The translations under genes and the position numbers were made by a program. Source: an uncultured Nitrospinaceae bacterium (GTDB taxonomy: Bacteria; UBA8248). From it: a stretch of 64,000 bases of DNA. Position 1 is the first letter of the stretch. Every line of letters starts with the position of its first letter. The notes under the pieces are model-generated. The model saw only the letters and a list, made by a program, of their open reading frames with translations, made no database searches and had not been told where the DNA came from. Of the stretch, positions 10,215 to 19,201 are shown piece by piece. The stretch spans positions 128,001 through 192,000 of the forward strand of contig CAXFSR010000043.1 in NCBI GenBank assembly GCA_964005815.1, written 5' to 3'.

Positions 10215-11103
10215 AAATAATTTTAAAATTTACAGCGATTTTGCTTCAGAAATTGCAACTGAGGCTGGTCATGTTTTATTTAATCTTTTTGGAAAACAAC
10301 TTAAAACTAAATATAAGGATAAAAACAAAACAGACCCTGTAAGTGAAGCAGACATCGAAAGCCAGAGTTTGCTGACTAAGCGTATCAAAAGAAAATTTCC
10401 TGACCATGGAATCCTTGGAGAAGAAACATTAGAAAACGAGAAAGCCGAAACTGCCATAAAAAACATGCCTGACTATCTTTGGATTTTAGACCCTTTAGAC
10501 GGAACGAAAAACTTTTTAAATGGTATTTCTATTTGGGGTTGTTCAGTTGGATTGTTATTCAAAGGCGAACCAGTTGCCGGAGCAATTTTCCTTCCAGAAG
10601 TAACAAAAAAAAACGATTTTGTTATTTATAAAGCATCCCTAGGAGAAGGTGCATTTTTAGGAGATCAAGAAATTCATGTCACTACAGATGAAAAACCATC
10701 GGCAAAAAAAACTATAAGTGTACCAGGTTCTTTCGCCAATCAATTTAAAACATTAGGATCATTAAAAAATAATCTAGGCGAGATAAGAACAACAGGCTCA
10801 ATTTCATATGATCTTGCAATGGTTGCTAGAGGAAGTCTACATTATGCTTTGTTTGGAGTCCCAAGTATATGGGATGTAGCCGCAGGAATAATAATTTTGA
10901 AGGAAGCAGGCGGATCAGCTTTACAACAAAAATCTATTTTCAGAAAATGGGAACCCCTTCATAATTTCATAAACACCAATGAAACAGATAAAAAAATGGA
11001 GAATTTAAGAAATTGGAAATTACCTGTCATTGTTGGAAACAGTTCTATTTGCGAATATATAAGTTCTAGAATAAAGAAAATATCACGAAAAAGAAAATCA
11101 TAG
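10207..11103 (+). CDS. Inositol monophosphatase family protein
   Basis: GEE, WILDPLDGTKNF, WDVAAG. Confidence 0.9.
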   Translation: MTENNFKIYSDFASEIATEAGHVLFNLFGKQLKTKYKDKNKTDPVSEADIESQSLLTKRIKRKFPDHGILGEETLENEKAETAIKNMPDYLWILDPLDGTKNFLNGISIWGCSVGLLFKGEPVAGAIFLPEVTKKNDFVIYKASLGEGAFLGDQEIHVTTDEKPSAKKTISVPGSFANQFKTLGSLKNNLGEIRTTGSISYDLAMVARGSLHYALFGVPSIWDVAAGIIILKEAGGSALQQKSIFRKWEPLHNFINTNETDKKMENLRNWKLPVIVGNSSICEYISSRIKKISRKRKS

Positions 11104-11193
11104 ATTTTCTAAAATAATCATAATTTCCGGATATGTCATAAGAAGAAAAACCAACATAATAATAGCAATGATTAGCAACAAACAACTACTCAT
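11098..11193 (-). CDS. Putative 31-aa single-TM small protein (MSSCLLLIIAIIMLVFLLMTYPEIMIILENL)
   Basis: GGAG 6 nt before ATG; hydrophobic stretch; fills the gap downstream of the lipoprotein gene. Confidence 0.45.
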   Translation of the reverse strand: MSSCLLLIIAIIMLVFLLMTYPEIMIILENL

Positions 11194-11229
11194 AATGTTC
11201 TCCAATACACAATCGTTTCTTATAAAGAT

Positions 11230-12477
11230 CTATCTTTCTAAAGATTTTACTTTTTTCGGACTGAAAGAATCAACGTCTATATTTTTAAATCCTAGTCCTT
11301 GAATTTGGAACACTTTACTCCATGAAGGATCATGGAAGGCCTTTCCCGAGAGTATACCCACAGAAAATTGCACTTTACTCAATGCAGTGATACCTTTTCC
11401 TTTTTTCATAAAGAAAGAAAAAAACCTTTTTTCTCCAGGCTTCAGACCTGCAATCTTATAATTTGTAAAACAACACCTAGATGAACTCTTTTTCAAACTT
11501 GCCTGTAGAGTTACATCAAAAGAAAAATCAGAGTCAGAGTTTTTTAAAACTCCCTTCATTAGATATCGAGGAGAACATTTTCTACATTTTCGGGGACGTG
11601 AAAGAGTGAGTTCTAATCTTTCAACTGAAATCCAATTTTTAATATTCCTATTTCTTTGTCGAGTCATTATTGTAACAGCAGAAATGATTCTACTCCTATG
11701 AACTGATTTTGGGTATAAACGTAAGAAGCGAACCAAGGCACCAACTCGACCAGATCTCTCAGCTCCTCTTAGAGCTTCGCTCTGAATATGCTGCTTCATT
11801 CTTTTTGATTCTTGAGTTCCAGGAAATTCTTCAAGAAATTTCCTCCACTCTCTCTCCAATCCTGATTCAATAGAACGTTGAAATCTTATTTGCACAAGAT
11901 GTCTCTTCGCTTCTTTCAAGAAAGGACTACTTGGAAAATCATAAATAAAGTAATAAAAGAACTTTGGATTTTTTATTCTTATTGCATTATCAAGAGTCAA
12001 TCTTTCAAGTCTTTGCTGCGCTGCTTCTGTCCATTCACTTCTTTTGTTTTTGTATTTCTTCAAAAACTTATCATAACCTCTGATCTTGTCCTGTTTCCTT
12101 AATTTTCTAAACTCCCTCTTTTGTAAAATTATTTCTGCCTCCGAAGCAAAATTACCTCCAGAGAATTTCTTTAAAAAACCAGAAAGAGCATTTAAATTTT
12201 TATTTCCCAATGCCTCTTCATAAGAAAGTTTTTCAAACCAATATTTAGCCCGACGGATAAATTTCCCGTTTGGATGATATTTTATATATTTTCCGTAAGC
12301 TTGAGAGGTGTGTTCGTTCATTGCTATTCGAAAAGAAGAATGATCAGAGTCTTTCGATACAATTTCGACTTCATTCTTGACACTTTTTTTAAAAAATGTG
12401 CCACAACCATAAAAAAATAAACAAATAAACAAAAAAGAGATAAATTTAAATTTCTTAGATTGTTTACAAAAATACAT
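11230..12477 (-). CDS. Hypothetical lipoprotein with repeated helical (Y/F)xxx(Y/F)P units
   Basis: Signal peptide ending FYGC; recurring YIKYHPNG/FLKKFSGG/FIYDFPSS/FLEEFPGT/FLRLYPKS; Cys-containing C-terminal domain. Confidence 0.65.
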   Translation of the reverse strand: MYFCKQSKKFKFISFLFICLFFYGCGTFFKKSVKNEVEIVSKDSDHSSFRIAMNEHTSQAYGKYIKYHPNGKFIRRAKYWFEKLSYEEALGNKNLNALSGFLKKFSGGNFASEAEIILQKREFRKLRKQDKIRGYDKFLKKYKNKRSEWTEAAQQRLERLTLDNAIRIKNPKFFYYFIYDFPSSPFLKEAKRHLVQIRFQRSIESGLEREWRKFLEEFPGTQESKRMKQHIQSEALRGAERSGRVGALVRFLRLYPKSVHRSRIISAVTIMTRQRNRNIKNWISVERLELTLSRPRKCRKCSPRYLMKGVLKNSDSDFSFDVTLQASLKKSSSRCCFTNYKIAGLKPGEKRFFSFFMKKGKGITALSKVQFSVGILSGKAFHDPSWSKVFQIQGLGFKNIDVDSFSPKKVKSLER

Positions 12478-12497
12478 CGTATGAGTTCCTTGAAATA

Positions 12498-13268
12498 TTA
12501 TTTATTTAAATTATTCTTTTTCAGATACTGTTCTACCGTCGGCAATTTAGGATCTTCAATAAAAGCATCAACTCTTTTCTTGAAAATATAAAATTCTTCT
12601 TCATCTAATAAATCTAATAACTCTTTGGAAAGATCCGAATCCGATTTGTCTAATTCCTTCTTCAACCTTTCTAAATCATCCAAATACTCAAGATTTAATC
12701 GATGCCCAGAAAAATCCCATATCACAGAACGTAATTTAGGTTCTACATGAAAAGTCAGCCCATGATCGATACCCCAAATTTGACCGTCTGTAGATCTGAA
12801 ACAATGACTAGGTTTCCTATCAGTATTATTCACAAGAAGGTCAAAACACGCAATTAGTTTCATTCGATCCTTATTTGACTCTCTGAGAGTATAATAATTT
12901 GACTCTCCATCATAATGCACACAAAATTGCATAGAACCTTCTCCATGAGGTCCGTCTCGTATGACTGTTGGTGGAACTATATTCCATCCTAGGAAATTAC
13001 TGACAATATAAGAACACCTCTCTCTATTATGAAGTGTTCCATAAGGAAAATCCCATAATGGTCTTTCTCCTTTAGAAGGCTTATATATCCCCCAAAAAAT
13101 TATCTTTTTCGAGCGCAATTCTACTACAAAAGTATAATTAGACCCTTGTTGTACCAGGCCACCATCCAATACTTTTGACACTAGTAACAATTCTTCAATT
13201 TCTTTAGGCCGATAAGGTAAGGAGCCACCATCTATCAAATTTAAATGTTCAATCTTAGAAGTATTCAT
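12498..13268 (-). CDS. SCO1664-family PI3/PI4-kinase-like protein
   Basis: GSNYTF, YKP..GERPLWDFP.GTL..RE, NNTDRK..H, IDHGLTFH. Confidence 0.85.
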   Translation of the reverse strand: MNTSKIEHLNLIDGGSLPYRPKEIEELLLVSKVLDGGLVQQGSNYTFVVELRSKKIIFWGIYKPSKGERPLWDFPYGTLHNRERCSYIVSNFLGWNIVPPTVIRDGPHGEGSMQFCVHYDGESNYYTLRESNKDRMKLIACFDLLVNNTDRKPSHCFRSTDGQIWGIDHGLTFHVEPKLRSVIWDFSGHRLNLEYLDDLERLKKELDKSDSDLSKELLDLLDEEEFYIFKKRVDAFIEDPKLPTVEQYLKKNNLNK

Positions 13269-13307
13269 TTTTCACAAAAAACCAGAATAATAGACTGGAG
13301 ACATTAC

Positions 13308-13832
13308 TTATGAATGAAAATGTCCATTCGTACTTGGATTGACCTTTCCAGATACAATTAGAGAATTTCTTGAAACTGAGTCAGTTCCTCTTCCAGATGC
13401 ACATTCATTTAAACTTTGTTCTATAAATGCCTCTGCAAGACTTATATCAATAGCAATTTCAAGAATTTGACTACTCTTTTCATCATCTGCAAGAGGTTCT
13501 CCTTCAGAAATTCCATGAAATTGTATAACAAACAGATGACTTTCTTCTTGGTAAGAAATACTTGCTTGAGATACAGTAAACTCTATATGTTTATTCATCT
13601 CTGTACTTTCGTTGTTTTCATGCAATTTTTCTGTTGAAGATTTTTCCTGTTTATTCTCTAAGACTATTTTTTTAAGTGTTGTTGCCAAGGCAAAGACTTG
13701 TTCTTTCTCTACCCAAAGTGTGGCATGAGAACCAGATTTTCTATCAGCTAGAATTCTAAAAATCCTTTTCCCAGGGATCCCAATAGATTCTGTATAAAGA
13801 ACATCTACCCTACCAAATTGATTTTCTTCCAT
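13308..13832 (-). CDS. DUF3090-family protein
   Basis: IGIPGKRIFRI, EKEQV, C.SGR, P.TNGH pattern; adjacent to the SCO1664-family gene. Confidence 0.7.
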   Translation of the reverse strand: MEENQFGRVDVLYTESIGIPGKRIFRILADRKSGSHATLWVEKEQVFALATTLKKIVLENKQEKSSTEKLHENNESTEMNKHIEFTVSQASISYQEESHLFVIQFHGISEGEPLADDEKSSQILEIAIDISLAEAFIEQSLNECASGRGTDSVSRNSLIVSGKVNPSTNGHFHS

Positions 13833-13947
13833 TATATACTCCGTTGATTAAGATTAATACTAAGCAAACATTCCTTCCATTGAATTGTGTTCAAGAGTAT
13901 ATTAAAGCACATACATTTTTTAACGCTTTTTCTGTAGGAAAAAATTT

Positions 13948-14064
13948 TTGCAAAAAATACTAGAATACCTCCTCTTACTTTTACTAATTGTTACTGTCAT
14001 AGTGACAATTTGGACACTTATAGACAACAAACTATTGCAAACGTTACTAAGTTTCATTAAATAA
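13948..14064 (+). CDS. Putative 38-aa hydrophobic small protein, Flp-pilin-like (MQKILEYLLLLLLIVTVIVTIWTLIDNKLLQTLLSFIK)
   Basis: AGGA RBS, TTG start, EY followed by a long hydrophobic helix; not in track. Confidence 0.4.
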   Translation: MQKILEYLLLLLLIVTVIVTIWTLIDNKLLQTLLSFIK

Positions 14065-14323
14065 AGTAATTTATTCAAAACCAAATTAAACACTAAGAAT
14101 TAAATTTTTGCCATTTTAAAATGTAAAACATTCAATGAACAAATTATATAAAAGAATAATTTTATGATAAATTTCAAAAAAAATCAGATCTAGAAAATGC
14201 AATCTCTGTTTTTTTTGACATTTTTATCAAGTAACAAAAACACTACTTAGAAAAGAAAAAACTTCTTTTAGAACTAAATTTTCTAAAAATTTACATAACT
14301 GTTTATGTTAGGGGATAAATATT

Positions 14324-15091
14324 ATGAACAAAACAAATTTTGATTTTACTGGCCAAGTAGCTGTTGTTACGGGTGCTGCACAGGGAATTGGCAAAGGGTC
14401 TTCAGAAGAATTTGCAAGAGCTGGAGCCAAAGTTTATTTACTTGACATAAACGATGATTTAGGGGGAAAAAACGCATCGACAATTCGAGAAGAAGGTTTT
14501 CAAGCCGAATATTTGCACTGTGACCTGACTAGTTCCAAGGAAGTAAACAGCACGTTTGAAAAAATAGAATCGAATGAAAAAAAGATAGACATCTTAGTTA
14601 ATTCAGCGGGTGGTTTCACAAAACAACTTTCAACACAAGAAACCCCAGAGGAAGAATGGGATGCTGTAATTGATAGGAATTTAAAGAGCTTGTTTTTAAC
14701 AGGTAAAGCCATAACACCTATCTTCAAAAAACAGAAAAGTGGAAGAATAATTAACTTAGGCTCTATGTCTGGACTTACAACTCTCAACTATTCGTCACCT
14801 CCCTATTCTGCGGCAAAAGCAGGTGTTCACTGTCTAACTAGAGTACTTGCATATGAACTTGGAGAATTTGGAGTGTGCGTTAATGCAATTGCACCTGGAA
14901 CAACAGCAACAGAAAGAGTTATCGCTGTCAGAACAGACGAAGAAAGAAAAAAAATTGGAGAATCAACATTAATTGGACGAATCGGAGAAGTTGAAGATAT
15001 GGTTGGATGGGTCTTATTTCTCGCTGCTCCTGAATCTTCGTATTTGACGGGACAAACTATTGCGGTAAACGCAGGAAGGTTAATGGCTTAA
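14324..15091 (+). CDS. Classical SDR (FabG-like)
   Basis: TGAAQGIG, NSAG, YSAAK. Confidence 0.9.
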   Translation: MNKTNFDFTGQVAVVTGAAQGIGKGSSEEFARAGAKVYLLDINDDLGGKNASTIREEGFQAEYLHCDLTSSKEVNSTFEKIESNEKKIDILVNSAGGFTKQLSTQETPEEEWDAVIDRNLKSLFLTGKAITPIFKKQKSGRIINLGSMSGLTTLNYSSPPYSAAKAGVHCLTRVLAYELGEFGVCVNAIAPGTTATERVIAVRTDEERKKIGESTLIGRIGEVEDMVGWVLFLAAPESSYLTGQTIAVNAGRLMA

Positions 15092-15094
15092 TCC

Positions 15095-16273
15095 ATGGAT
15101 TTAAACCTTTCGGTGGAAGACTTAACTCTGCAAAAAATATCACGTGAATTCGCAAGAAATGAGATACTTCCAATTGCTGCAAACAGAGATATACGTTCAA
15201 AACCCAGCGAGGCTTATCCTTGGGAAATTCTAAAGAAACTTGACGCTCTTGGAATAAGGACCCTTACCGTCCCGAAAAAATTTGGAGGCTACGGTGCAAA
15301 CCATTTACAGCAAGCCATAGTATCAGAAGAGTTGGCATACGGAGACCTAGGAGTTGCAGTATCACTTGATCAAAATTTTAAATTCACTCAGTTAATCTGC
15401 AACGAAACTACCGAAGAACAAAGAGACCGGTTTTTAGATGATTTTCTAACAGACCCCATTGCGCTTCTTGCTATAGCAATAACTGAACCTCAAAGTGGAA
15501 CAGACTCTTTTTTACTTTACGAGGCCCCGATAGCAGGACCAAGGATGACAGCGAAAGAAGATGGCAATGACTACGTTCTAAATGGAACAAAACATTATAT
15601 TTCAAACGGTGGACTTGCAAAATATTATTTTATTTTTGCAAGGACCGATCCGAGCAAACCCATGAGCGAAGGATTAACTGGATTTATAGTTCCAAAAGAT
15701 ACTCAAGGCTTTTCTATTGGAGAGGCCCATAGCAAGCTTGGAAGAAGGCTATTGCAAAATGGAGAACTAGTCTTAAGTAATTGTCGAGTACCTAAAACAA
15801 ATATTCTTGGAGAATGGAATAAAGGTCTTGATATTTTTAGAAAAATGGTTAGCGGAGCTCTTATCCCTGTAATGGGACCAGCTCGTCTTGCATATGATCT
15901 TTCCAAAAAAATCTTAAAAGAAAGTTCAATAAAAGATGACCAATGGGCACAAATGCTTCTTTCTGAAATGTATATGCTCATAGAGGCAGGAAGAACATTT
16001 TTATATTCTGCTGCATGGCATGGAGGAAAAGAATCTGACGAATCTAAAAGAAGGTTGATGTCCAAAGTTTTTGCATCCGAAGCTGCTATTAAAGTATGTC
16101 GTTCTGCAATGGAAATATGGGAACACAAGGGAGACTTACATTTTGACAATCGACCCACTCCAGAAAAATGTTGGCGCGATGTTCTAAGCTACCTTCACGG
16201 TTTTGGTACAAACCAAGCTGTGAAATTGAAATGTTTCCCAATGATTTCACTAGATGAAGAAGAGCATTGGTGA
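15095..16273 (+). CDS. Acyl-CoA dehydrogenase family protein (divergent)
   Basis: AITEPQSGTD, LNGTKHYISNG, KLG.R, EKCWRD. Confidence 0.85.
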   Translation: MDLNLSVEDLTLQKISREFARNEILPIAANRDIRSKPSEAYPWEILKKLDALGIRTLTVPKKFGGYGANHLQQAIVSEELAYGDLGVAVSLDQNFKFTQLICNETTEEQRDRFLDDFLTDPIALLAIAITEPQSGTDSFLLYEAPIAGPRMTAKEDGNDYVLNGTKHYISNGGLAKYYFIFARTDPSKPMSEGLTGFIVPKDTQGFSIGEAHSKLGRRLLQNGELVLSNCRVPKTNILGEWNKGLDIFRKMVSGALIPVMGPARLAYDLSKKILKESSIKDDQWAQMLLSEMYMLIEAGRTFLYSAAWHGGKESDESKRRLMSKVFASEAAIKVCRSAMEIWEHKGDLHFDNRPTPEKCWRDVLSYLHGFGTNQAVKLKCFPMISLDEEEHW

Positions 16274-16345
16274 TAACCTGTAAGATAAATTTATTGAATT
16301 TCACTTAAAAAAACTTCTAACTTCTATAAGAGGTCTTATACAAAA

Positions 16346-17314
16346 ATGGCTAAATACAACAAATCTGATGCGCGATCTTACTGTAAAGAAAATATGAAAG
16401 GTATTTGGGCGGCGATACCCTATCCTTTCGACAAAAACGATAATATAGACGAGGATGCATATCGGAAAGATATAAGACATTATATTGACAATCTAAATAT
16501 AAAAGGATTTTTCGTTGGGGGCATGATCGGGGAATTCTGGTGTATGACTAAGGAAGAAAGATTAAGAGGACAAGAGATTTCATGCGACGAGGCCGGTGAT
16601 GTTCCAGTAATTGCCCACACAGGTCATACCTCAGCAAAAGAAGCATTAGAATTAACTGAAGCCGCAGAAAAAGCAGGGGCAACATATGCTATTCTGGCCA
16701 ACCCTTACTTAGGCGCACAGGGACATCCAGATCGAGTGAAAGCATTTTTCAAATACCTATGCGATGGCAGCGATTTAGGTATCTCTTTGTTTAATACTGG
16801 CGCAACTGGTTATTCTCTTAGTCCAGAACTTATAAGAGAACTTGTTGAAGAAAATGAAACTATTTGCTGTATCAAAAACGCCCAACCTAAATATCATTGC
16901 GACGAAGTAAGAAAAGCCGTTGGAGAAGATATTGTGGTAAGTGACCCGATGGAAACACAATGGTTTTTCAATCGTGCCTATCATAAACAACAAACATTTA
17001 TGAGTGGTCCAGATCCATTCCTTTATCAAAGAAAAGATGACCTTAAAATGGAAAAATACACAAATTTGATAGATGAAGGCAATTTGGAAGAAGCCTGGAC
17101 TGTGAGAGATGCGATGAACTCCATAAGAGACGTAAGTGAAAAATGGATTTGGGGACCATGGTCTCGTGGAGCTTTTCCAATTCCTGCTCTTAAGACTTGG
17201 ATGCAATTAATGGGGTTAAGTGGTGGTCCTTCACGACCCCCAATGATTCCTTTAACATCAGACGAAAAAAAAGAGCTTGAAACTGACCTTCGTCATGTTG
17301 GTCTTATAGACTAA
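16346..17314 (+). CDS. DapA/NAL-superfamily aldolase/lyase (not canonical DapA)
   Basis: G..GEF...T.EER, CCIKN Schiff-base Lys; GMIGE in place of GTTGE. Confidence 0.8.
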   Translation: MAKYNKSDARSYCKENMKGIWAAIPYPFDKNDNIDEDAYRKDIRHYIDNLNIKGFFVGGMIGEFWCMTKEERLRGQEISCDEAGDVPVIAHTGHTSAKEALELTEAAEKAGATYAILANPYLGAQGHPDRVKAFFKYLCDGSDLGISLFNTGATGYSLSPELIRELVEENETICCIKNAQPKYHCDEVRKAVGEDIVVSDPMETQWFFNRAYHKQQTFMSGPDPFLYQRKDDLKMEKYTNLIDEGNLEEAWTVRDAMNSIRDVSEKWIWGPWSRGAFPIPALKTWMQLMGLSGGPSRPPMIPLTSDEKKELETDLRHVGLID

Positions 17315-17364
17315 TTTCAATCCAAAGATTCTTAACTTTCGGTCCGACATGGAAGAAAACGTAA

Positions 17365-17988
17365 ATGGGTAATTTTAAAGAATTTGACCCAAGTCAAATA
17401 GAGCGACGAGAGATATACAGAATTTTAACTGGGTCAATAGTTCCTAGACCTATTGGATGGGCTTCAACGATAAGCAAAGATGGAATTTCGAACATAGCTC
17501 CTTTTAGTTTTTTCACATGCGTTTGTGTTGCTCCCCCAATGATTTCTCTTACAATCGCAAGAAATCCTGACGGTTCTAAAAAACATACTCTAATTAATGC
17601 TGAGGAAACAGGAGATTTCTGTTTTAATCTTGTTTCTGAAAACCTCTGGGAAAAAATGGTAGATACAGCAAATGGTTATGAAGAGGGAATTTCTGAATTC
17701 TCCGAAGTAGGAATTGAATCAATTCCCTCCATCAAAGTAGATTCCCCTAGAGTCAAACAATCTCCAATCCACTTTGAATGTAAAACACATAAGGTAATAG
17801 AACTCGGACCAAACAAACATCCCCTTTTAATTGGTGAAGTTGTTTATTTTCATGTTTCCGAAGAAGTCCTTAAAGGAAAATATATAGATATGGAAAAACT
17901 GAAACCAGTGGGCAGACTAAATGGGTTTTTGCAGTGCAGTTTAGGAGAGTTTCTAGAACGAAGTTTCCAAGATGGGCAAAAAAGATAA
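17365..17988 (+). CDS. Flavin reductase family (FMN split-barrel) protein
   Basis: VPRPIGWAST, NIAPFSFF, ECK, VGRL. Confidence 0.9.
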   Translation: MGNFKEFDPSQIERREIYRILTGSIVPRPIGWASTISKDGISNIAPFSFFTCVCVAPPMISLTIARNPDGSKKHTLINAEETGDFCFNLVSENLWEKMVDTANGYEEGISEFSEVGIESIPSIKVDSPRVKQSPIHFECKTHKVIELGPNKHPLLIGEVVYFHVSEEVLKGKYIDMEKLKPVGRLNGFLQCSLGEFLERSFQDGQKR

Positions 17989-18025
17989 TTCACAACCACA
18001 TCTAAATACCTATGAAAGGAATTCT

Positions 18026-19054
18026 ATGAAAGCTATGGTTCTCCATGAACCGGGGAAGCCTTTTGAACTTGAAGATAGAGCTATTCCTCGTGCAGAAAAT
18101 AATGAAGCGGTTGCAAAAGTTTTGGCATGCGGTTCTGGTCTAACGATACAACACACCGTTGCAGGAAGAATCCAATCAAATTTTCCAATTGTCATTGGAC
18201 ACGAAATAACTGCGGAAATTACAGAAATTGGACTCGGAGTTGACAATTTAAAAGTTGGTGACCCGGTAACTGCTTTTTATTATTTAACTTGCGGAGACTG
18301 CAAATGGTGCAGAATAAATAGAGAGACTCTTTGCGATTCTCAAGGTCAGGTTGGACGACATATAGATGGTGGTTACGCAGAATACATAAAACTTCCTGCA
18401 AGAAATTTTATCAAATTACCTAAAAATCTCGATTACATAAAAAATCCAGCTGAAATAGGTGTAATTACAGATGCTATAGCTACGCCATATAAAGTTATTC
18501 GACATGCACAAATATTACCGATGGAAAATGTTGCCATTATTGGCGCAGGCGGAGGCCTTGGAGTACATATGGTAATGGTTACTTTATGGGCAGGCGCAAT
18601 TGTAACTGCAGTAGATATTTCTTCAGATAAATTAAAAAAATGTGACGAACTTGGTGCGCATTTCTTAATCAACCCAAATGAAGTGAATCTTTATGAATCA
18701 CTTATGGATTCCTCAAATGGGAAAGGAATGGATGTGATCGTTGATTATGCATGTACAAGTTCTACTATCGAATCCGGAATACAATCTCTCGGCAAAGGAG
18801 GAAGATTTCTTCCTATGGCAGGAACATCCTCCGCAACCTTTGAATTTAATCCAAAAGAGATGTTAAAAGACGAAAGAAAAATAATGGGAAGTCGATACTG
18901 TACCAAACAAGATGTCATTGACTCTCTTGAATTAGTTGCAAGAGGAGAAGTGTGGCCTATAGTCACAGAAAAGTATTCTTTAGAAGATGCAGACAAGGTT
19001 CATGATAGACTTGAGAAAGGATTAGTCACAGGAAGAGCAGCAATAGTTATTTAA
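18026..19054 (+). CDS. Zinc-binding alcohol dehydrogenase (MDR)
   Basis: MKAMVL start after AAGGA, GHE, CGDCKWC..C, GAGGGLG. Confidence 0.85.
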   Translation: MKAMVLHEPGKPFELEDRAIPRAENNEAVAKVLACGSGLTIQHTVAGRIQSNFPIVIGHEITAEITEIGLGVDNLKVGDPVTAFYYLTCGDCKWCRINRETLCDSQGQVGRHIDGGYAEYIKLPARNFIKLPKNLDYIKNPAEIGVITDAIATPYKVIRHAQILPMENVAIIGAGGGLGVHMVMVTLWAGAIVTAVDISSDKLKKCDELGAHFLINPNEVNLYESLMDSSNGKGMDVIVDYACTSSTIESGIQSLGKGGRFLPMAGTSSATFEFNPKEMLKDERKIMGSRYCTKQDVIDSLELVARGEVWPIVTEKYSLEDADKVHDRLEKGLVTGRAAIVI

Positions 19055-19080
19055 TAATCGTTTTAACTACTTATTTTCAC

Positions 19081-19109
19081 TTGACGCAATTTTATTCGAA
19101 TCCTATACT
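19081..19109 (+). promoter_or_regulatory. Sigma70-type promoter of the cytochrome bc operon
   Basis: TTGACG-N17-TATACT. Confidence 0.65.
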
Positions 19110-19201
19110 TTCAACGTTTTAAGTATATATACCGCTCTAATTTAAGTAATCCGGAAACAATAGATTTTGATGCCAGCAAATCCGGAATTTTAAAAGATGG
19201 A

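Noticed and set aside
14065..14323. AT-rich tract as replication origin or ncRNA
   Set aside because: No DnaA-box cluster or stable structure visible; consistent with ordinary promoter DNA
16346..17314. Calling this gene dapA
   Set aside because: Lacks the GTTGE motif and the catalytic Tyr pattern, and sits in a catabolic context
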